64,000 bases of DNA from a virus (lineage: Duplodnaviria; Caudoviricetes): IMG/VR virus record IMGVR_UViG_3300017589_000168, positions 1-64,000 of that record; one strand, written 5' to 3'. The number at the start of each line of letters is the position of its first letter. Position 1 is the stretch's first letter. This document shows positions 58,285 through 64,000 of this stretch, one piece after another. The notes below the pieces were generated by a model, which saw only the letters and a list, made by a program, of their open reading frames with translations, did no database searches and was not told where the DNA came from. The position numbers and the translations under genes were made by a program.

Positions 58285-58707
58285 ATGAAAAAATTACTGG
58301 TACTTATGATGGCGCTTGCCATGACACTGAGCCTTGCAGCCTGCGGAGGCAATGCCGAACCCCCTGCATCCACGCCTGCATCCACCCCCGCCGCTGCGGA
58401 ACGACAGGACAACGTAACCCCCGAGCAGGCAGCGGCAATTGTAGACATCATGGCGAAGATGGGCCCGCTGTACAACGAGGCGGCTGAAGCTGCCGCGGCA
58501 AACGGCTGGGATAAGGACGAGGCAGCGGTGCAGGAGCTGAACGCAGTATATGCCACTATGGACTCCGCAAGGGTTGGACTTGGAGAACTTGACGGATACG
58601 GGGACACCAGCACAGAGAAAATTGACGCCGTTGTGGCAATGTATCAGGCTATGCTGGACGAAATGCCCAACTTAGTTGCCAAGTATAGCGAGCCCTACAG
58701 CAACTAA
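58285..58707 (+). CDS. Lipoprotein
   Basis: Lipobox LAAC; signal nearly identical to the upstream gene. Confidence 0.8.
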   Translation: MKKLLVLMMALAMTLSLAACGGNAEPPASTPASTPAAAERQDNVTPEQAAAIVDIMAKMGPLYNEAAEAAAANGWDKDEAAVQELNAVYATMDSARVGLGELDGYGDTSTEKIDAVVAMYQAMLDEMPNLVAKYSEPYSN

Positions 58708-58755
58708 CAACTGCTGTTTTATCAGATGAATAAAATATAAAAAGCAATCTCATGA

Positions 58756-58790
58756 CAAAAGCGGATGCGGAACACCCGCATCCGCTTTTG
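58756..58790. terminator. Perfect 15-bp hairpin, probably a bidirectional terminator
   Basis: CAAAAGCGGATGCGG-AACAC-CCGCATCCGCTTTTG. Confidence 0.65.
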
Positions 58791-58808
58791 CAAAAAGGAG
58801 GAAAGACT

Positions 58809-59363
58809 ATGCTGCCAACTTTCATCACAATCGCCGTAATTATTGCGGTCATTGTTCTATGGATCATCTCCACCCAGCGCAGACTGGTGGTGCTGGATGA
58901 GAATATCAGCAATGCCATGAGCCAGATCGGGGTGCAGCTTTCCAGCCGTTTTGACGCACTGACGGCCCTTTTGGATTTGACAAAGGGCTATGCCAAGCAC
59001 GAAAGCGAAACGCTGATTGAGACAATCAAATCAAGAAGAAGCGTTATCACGGCAAAATCCACACCGGATGAAGTCATGCGTCAAGAAGGAGTTATTTCCG
59101 AGGCCTTGGGCAGAATTGCCATGGTAACGGAGCAATACCCCGACCTAAAAGCAAACCAAACATATATCAAAACCATGGACGCAGTGCAGACCTTTGAAAA
59201 CATGGTGCGCACCAGCCGCCTGATCTACAACGACAGCGTGACCAAATTAAACCGTGAAATCCGGATGTTCCCGGTCTCTGCCATTGCCGGGATGCTGGGT
59301 TTCCGGCAAAGAGAGTATCTTGTGGAGCAGGCGGATAAAGCAGATATGCCAAGCATGAAATGA
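58809..59363 (+). CDS. lemA: LemA family protein
   Basis: TM, I.VQL..RFD, YAKHE, YP.LKAN, YND.V..N...FP..IAG..GF. Confidence 0.9.
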   Translation: MLPTFITIAVIIAVIVLWIISTQRRLVVLDENISNAMSQIGVQLSSRFDALTALLDLTKGYAKHESETLIETIKSRRSVITAKSTPDEVMRQEGVISEALGRIAMVTEQYPDLKANQTYIKTMDAVQTFENMVRTSRLIYNDSVTKLNREIRMFPVSAIAGMLGFRQREYLVEQADKADMPSMK

Positions 59364-59371
59364 GGTGCCCT

Positions 59372-61057
59372 ATGCGAAAAAAAGTGCATGGCCTGATTCT
59401 ATGCATTGTCCTGCTGTTTTCCCTTTCACTCCCCGCATATGCTGCGAATCGGGTGGATACCATGGATATTCAGGCTGTCATTTACGAGGACGGCTCCATG
59501 TATGTGACGCAGGTTTGGGACGGCGATTTTGACGAGGGAACAGAAATTTATATCCCCATGAATGCGCCCGATTATCTGACCATCAGCCAGCTTACGGTCT
59601 CCGACCAAAACGGAGTTTATGAAACCGTGCCGGATTGGAATGTAGATTGGAGCTTTGAGGAAAAAGCAGGAAAATGCGGCATCCATGATACGGACAGCGG
59701 GTATGAAATTTGCTTTGGCATCAGCCGGTACGGGCAGAACCGTTATTCCATTGAATATAAGCTGGACAATGCGGTGGGCGGTTACAGCGACAGGGATGGG
59801 GTCAATTTTCGATTTGTAAACGATGGGATGAACACCACCCCCACTGATGTGAAGGTGGAAATTCGGCTGGCGGATGGTACGCCCATCACTGATGAAACCG
59901 CCGATGTATGGGGCTTTGGATATGTCGGACAGGTAGGTTTTTCAGAGGTTGCCATTCTTGCCTACACGGAAAGTCCCATTGCTCCAGAAAACCATGTGAC
60001 GGTACTGTTTTCTTTGGAGAAAGGAATCCTGTCCCCCTCACGGCAAGAACCGGGCAGCTTTGAGGAAGTAAAAGAAACTGCCTTTTCAGGCAGTGATTAC
60101 AATGATACCGGTGAAGAAGTATCCACATTTGAAGCGATTGTCACGATGCTTTTGTCCATCGGACTTCCCATTGGGCTGATTATTTGGTTTTTCAGGATGA
60201 AAAAGAAACGTGCGGAGAAAAAAAGGCAAAGATTCGCAGAGCGATTTGGGTATTTCAGGGATATTCCCAACGGCGGCAATCTGAGCGCCACCTATGCGCT
60301 GGGACGGCTGTTTGATGTGTGTGAGGACGGCGCAATTCTCTCCACAGGAATGCTGCGGCTGATTCAGTTAGGCTGTCTGTCCCCGGTGGAAACGCAGGAA
60401 ATCGGGTTTATGGGCAAGACCAAAGAAACCGTAAGCCTGCGGCTCATGGGCAGCAATCACGCTAACATGAACGAGTATGACGAGTACCTTTATACGGTGT
60501 TGGAGGGCGCGGCCGGTTTGGACTCCATTTTGCAGCCAAAGGAGCTGGAACGCTTTGTAAGTCAAAACGACAAGCTGCTGTGTACCTACATACAGAAATG
60601 CGACAGCGCGGGCAGAACCTATTTGAACCAAAAGCACTGCCTGAAACGGTGGAATACGCCGGTAAAGCTCACCGACCTGACCCCTGCCGGGGAGCAGGAG
60701 CTGGGCGAGCTGATGGGGCTGAAACGGTATTTGACGGATTTTTCATTGATCGCCGAACGAGGTGTCAAGGAAATGCCGATTTGGCGGGAGCTTTTGACCT
60801 ATGCCATGCTCTTTGGTATTGCCGATCAGGTGGCGGAGCAGATGAAAGAGCTGTACCCACAAATTTCTGCCGAGCTGACCGATTACAGTCAAAACATGGC
60901 GACTGCCTATTCCTACCACTACTTGCTTTACAGCAATATGAAGCAAGCCGAACAGCGGCGTGAGCAGGAAAAACGCAGCGGCGGAGGCGGTGGATTTGCT
61001 TCCCTTGGCGGAGGCGGCGGCTCCATCGGCGGCGGTTCGGGCGGCGGAACACGATAA
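59372..61057 (+). CDS. DUF2207 family membrane protein
   Basis: Signal peptide, extracellular domain, TM, W...L.YA..FG.A..V, Gly-rich tail; follows lemA. Confidence 0.8.
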   Translation: MRKKVHGLILCIVLLFSLSLPAYAANRVDTMDIQAVIYEDGSMYVTQVWDGDFDEGTEIYIPMNAPDYLTISQLTVSDQNGVYETVPDWNVDWSFEEKAGKCGIHDTDSGYEICFGISRYGQNRYSIEYKLDNAVGGYSDRDGVNFRFVNDGMNTTPTDVKVEIRLADGTPITDETADVWGFGYVGQVGFSEVAILAYTESPIAPENHVTVLFSLEKGILSPSRQEPGSFEEVKETAFSGSDYNDTGEEVSTFEAIVTMLLSIGLPIGLIIWFFRMKKKRAEKKRQRFAERFGYFRDIPNGGNLSATYALGRLFDVCEDGAILSTGMLRLIQLGCLSPVETQEIGFMGKTKETVSLRLMGSNHANMNEYDEYLYTVLEGAAGLDSILQPKELERFVSQNDKLLCTYIQKCDSAGRTYLNQKHCLKRWNTPVKLTDLTPAGEQELGELMGLKRYLTDFSLIAERGVKEMPIWRELLTYAMLFGIADQVAEQMKELYPQISAELTDYSQNMATAYSYHYLLYSNMKQAEQRREQEKRSGGGGGFASLGGGGGSIGGGSGGGTR

Positions 61058-61081
61058 TGAGAACAAATGGAGGAAATGATG

Positions 61082-61990
61082 ATGGGTCTATTTTCTAAAA
61101 AACCCCCTTGCCCCATCTGCGGCGGCAAGATTCCACTGATTCTGCCATCGAAAATTGAGGGCGAATATATTTGTAACGACTGTTATAACAAGATTGATAT
61201 GGATGCCGACAAGGAAAGCAATCTGACAATGCAGGGCTTTCGGGAATATCTGGCATTCTACAATCAAAACCAAATACTGAAAGACCGGTTCGTGATTTCT
61301 GAGCGGATTGATTTCGGCCTTTGGGATACCAAAATTATCTTTGATCACCAGAACAAGCTGTTCTGTATGAGCAAAAACCCGGATAAAACGGTGTTTGAAG
61401 GCAGCCAGTTGAAATCCTTTACCATCCGGGAGGACAGCACCCCTCTGTTTGAGGGTTCAGCGGCAGGCATACGCCGTTATACCAGCACCGTAACCGAGCG
61501 GGCTATGGCGATGGCGCCGCAAATCGCACAGATTGCAGCGAGCAAGCGGATGGCACGAACCCTTGACAGGATGGACGACGGTAAAGTAAACAACTCTGCA
61601 CCGGTGCAGTATTTTGACATTCCTGAACCCTTTCAGGTGTTTAACGTGGAGCTGCATTTCGACCATCCCTACTGGACGGTGCTCAAATGTGATATGGACG
61701 GCCCCCGGTTTGATAACAACCTCCCGGATGTGAACAACTACCTTCGCTCCTATCAGCAAAGCATAGAAGAACTTGAAAAGCTGGTGGCTGCACTCAGGAC
61801 GGTGGCCTTTCCCGACGCAGCCGAGCAATCTATTGGCCCAGGTATGATGGGAATGGGGGAGTTATACACCAACATGGCTCCGCCTGCCGACGCCATCGAA
61901 GAAATCAAGAAATACAAGGCGCTCATGGAGGACGGCGTGATTTCCCAGCAGGAGTTTGAGGCAAAGAAGCGCCAGCTCCTTGGGATTTGA
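61082..61990 (+). CDS. DUF4428-like Zn-finger plus SHOCT domain protein
   Basis: CPIC...ICNDC; EIKKYKALMEDGVISQQEFEAKKRQLL. Confidence 0.75.
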   Translation: MGLFSKKPPCPICGGKIPLILPSKIEGEYICNDCYNKIDMDADKESNLTMQGFREYLAFYNQNQILKDRFVISERIDFGLWDTKIIFDHQNKLFCMSKNPDKTVFEGSQLKSFTIREDSTPLFEGSAAGIRRYTSTVTERAMAMAPQIAQIAASKRMARTLDRMDDGKVNNSAPVQYFDIPEPFQVFNVELHFDHPYWTVLKCDMDGPRFDNNLPDVNNYLRSYQQSIEELEKLVAALRTVAFPDAAEQSIGPGMMGMGELYTNMAPPADAIEEIKKYKALMEDGVISQQEFEAKKRQLLGI

Positions 61991-62027
61991 AGAAAATCAA
62001 CCTGTCTATGCGGAAGGGGGGCATGAC

Positions 62028-62207
62028 ATGACCTACGCCTGCGAGGACTGCGGCTTTTTATTCTGCCGGGTGGGAGGGGTAAAGGAATGCCCTTCCTGTG
62101 AGAAACCCCATATTCGCCCCGCCACCGGGGAAGAAGCCGATAGGCTACAGAAACTTTTGGAACAAGGAAACACAAATTTACAAATCAAGGAGGAACAGAC
62201 CTTATGA
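62028..62207 (+). CDS. Small Zn-ribbon protein
   Basis: CEDC and CPSC; stop overlaps the next start. Confidence 0.6.
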   Translation: MTYACEDCGFLFCRVGGVKECPSCEKPHIRPATGEEADRLQKLLEQGNTNLQIKEEQTL

Positions 62208-64000
62208 ACAAACGACTATTAAGTATGTTTCTTGCGCTGTGCATGATTGTGACCATGCTGCCGGTATCGGCAATGGCGGAAGAAATCCATACAACCATTG
62301 GCGGGAGCGGAGAAATTATCAGCTTTGCGCCGCTTGCAGAAACAGAAAAAGCGGTATCACTCGGAACATCCATTGAAGATTTGGAATTACCCGAAACATT
62401 GACCGCTACGGTACGGACAGCCGTATCTATCGGGGAGGATGCCGTACAGGATTCCGGCAGCCCGAAAACGGCAACCCCCACAACGGCAACAGAACCCGAA
62501 TGGGAAGAAACCACAGGGGATATTCCGGTAACATGGGATTGGCCTGACTACGACCCAAACACCGAGGGCGTTTATGTCTTTACGCCGGTCATAGAGGGTT
62601 ACACAGTCAGCGCCAAATTGCCGGAGCTTACCGTAACGGTGGGTGCGGCGATAATGGGACGCGGAATGGTCGCTCCCCTGTCAGTCACAACCTATAATAT
62701 ATGGGTGGGCGGCGTGCAAGTGACCAGTGATAACAAAGCGGATGTGCTTGGCGCAGCAGATGGTGAGGGCGCAACCGTCACCTATGACAGCACGACAAAT
62801 ACCCTTACACTGAATGATGCGGAAATTACCACTCCACACATGGTTTCAGCAGCTAACTACGGTATTTATGCCCCAGAGGGTCTTAACCTCAAATTGGTGG
62901 GCGCAAATTCTATTAATCTTCCGAATTCTATATACACTGTATATGGAATTTCTTCTGACGAGAGTAACCTCCAAATCAGTGCGGAAAATAACGGCTCCCT
63001 CACTGTAACCGCCGGCAATAACTTTGGAATTTATAGCGAAAATCTAACGATCAACAGCGGTGCAATTACCACTGTGAGTTCGGTGATTTTTGTGGGGGAA
63101 TCCGTATCTATCAGCGGAGGAACCGTGACAAGCACCGGAGGCACTCAAGGAATTGTAGGGGAAACAATAACCGTTAGCGGCGGAACGGTGACCGCAAGCG
63201 GTAGTGGTAAGGCATTGACCAACTCTGTCGGGTCTCCTAATTTCACAGGTATGCAGGTGACCGCAAGCCTCAATGAGAACGGAACCCCCGCTGTTTCATA
63301 TAATGCGGCGAATCTTTCAACCTACAAATACATCAAGGTGGAGCCTGCGCCGGAATCTGACGATGTCGCCCAAATTGGCAGTACAGGCTACGCTACCCTG
63401 CAACAGGCCGTTGATTCGGCGGCCGAGGGGCAGATAATCAAGCTGGTCGCCGATATTACGATTACATCGGCTATTCAAGTGAATACGGCCCACAGCTTTA
63501 CCCTTGACCTGAATGGTCATCCTATAAGCTGCAGTGCAGCCGTAAACACCATCGTCAAAGCAGGCGAGGGTGCGCTGACAATTACAGACAGTCAGGAAGA
63601 TGGAGCGATTGTGGGTAATACCGGTGCCGGTGCTTCTACGGTACGTGTCTTAGCCGGGACATTGATTATCAATGGCGGCACGATAAGTCAGAGTAATATA
63701 AACAATAGAGTGATTCATAACGGCAGTTCATCAGAATCACAATTCGGAACCGTTGAAATCCGAGGCGGCTCCATCAATGGAATAATTAGTAATGCTGGCA
63801 ATTTGACCATCACGGACGGTACGATTGATGGTGGTGCCGGGGTTGCGATTTATAATTATAAAACCGCATTAGTTAGCGGAGGCACCATTACCAGCAACAG
63901 CATGATAACAATTTCTAATACTGCCGACGCAAGTTTAACCATCACGGGCGGCACAATATCCAATTCATGCACGACCGGAAGTTATGGGGCAATCCTTAAT
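62204..64000 (+). CDS. Large secreted surface protein with beta-helix-like repeats, truncated by the window end
   Basis: SD AAGGAGG; MNKRLLSMFLALCMIVTMLPVSAMA signal; recurring I.GGT. motifs; reading frame spot-checked by eye, not fully verified. Confidence 0.75.
   Translation, partial: MNKRLLSMFLALCMIVTMLPVSAMAEEIHTTIGGSGEIISFAPLAETEKAVSLGTSIEDLELPETLTATVRTAVSIGEDAVQDSGSPKTATPTTATEPEWEETTGDIPVTWDWPDYDPNTEGVYVFTPVIEGYTVSAKLPELTVTVGAAIMGRGMVAPLSVTTYNIWVGGVQVTSDNKADVLGAADGEGATVTYDSTTNTLTLNDAEITTPHMVSAANYGIYAPEGLNLKLVGANSINLPNSIYTVYGISSDESNLQISAENNGSLTVTAGNNFGIYSENLTINSGAITTVSSVIFVGESVSISGGTVTSTGGTQGIVGETITVSGGTVTASGSGKALTNSVGSPNFTGMQVTASLNENGTPAVSYNAANLSTYKYIKVEPAPESDDVAQIGSTGYATLQQAVDSAAEGQIIKLVADITITSAIQVNTAHSFTLDLNGHPISCSAAVNTIVKAGEGALTITDSQEDGAIVGNTGAGASTVRVLAGTLIINGGTISQSNINNRVIHNGSSSESQFGTVEIRGGSINGIISNAGNLTITDGTIDGGAGVAIYNYKTALVSGGTITSNSMITISNTADASLTITGGTISNSCTTGSYGAILN

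Noticed and set aside
1-64000. tRNA, rRNA, CRISPR array, IS transposase, integrase
   Set aside because: None recognised by eye; a short RNA gene could have been missed.

Overview
Most of the window (about 261-52870) is a Clostridia-type conjugative element, either an ICE or a plasmid; no integrase is visible. It carries parAB and a giant DNA methylase/SNF2-helicase gene split by a group II intron (8714-11061). It also carries a MOBP-type relaxase with an RHH accessory protein and a hairpin-rich candidate oriT, and an XRE-controlled transfer operon. In that operon, Gram-positive T4SS genes (VirD4, VirB4, VirB6-, PrgI- and VirB2-like) are interleaved with a Tad/Flp pilus set and orphan DNA methyltransferases. 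An AT-rich HTH-GTPase gene with its own promoter and terminator sits inside the operon. The right end holds a LytTR/GHKL two-component pair, two 51-bp direct-repeat promoters, and cell-surface cargo (WG-repeat protein, lipoproteins, LemA, DUF2207). The most unusual observations are: (1) a TnpV-like gene nested in the +1 frame of the helicase gene, with its own RBS and a terminator; (2) an acidic ...ER-stop C-terminal motif shared by eight accessory proteins, a candidate T4SS export signal; (3) the T4SS-Tad hybrid with Asp+5 pilins; (4) the stand-alone HTH-dynamin-like GTPase; (5) a relaxase whose SD-supported start codon is ATC. All family assignments come from motif recognition by eye, not from database searches.
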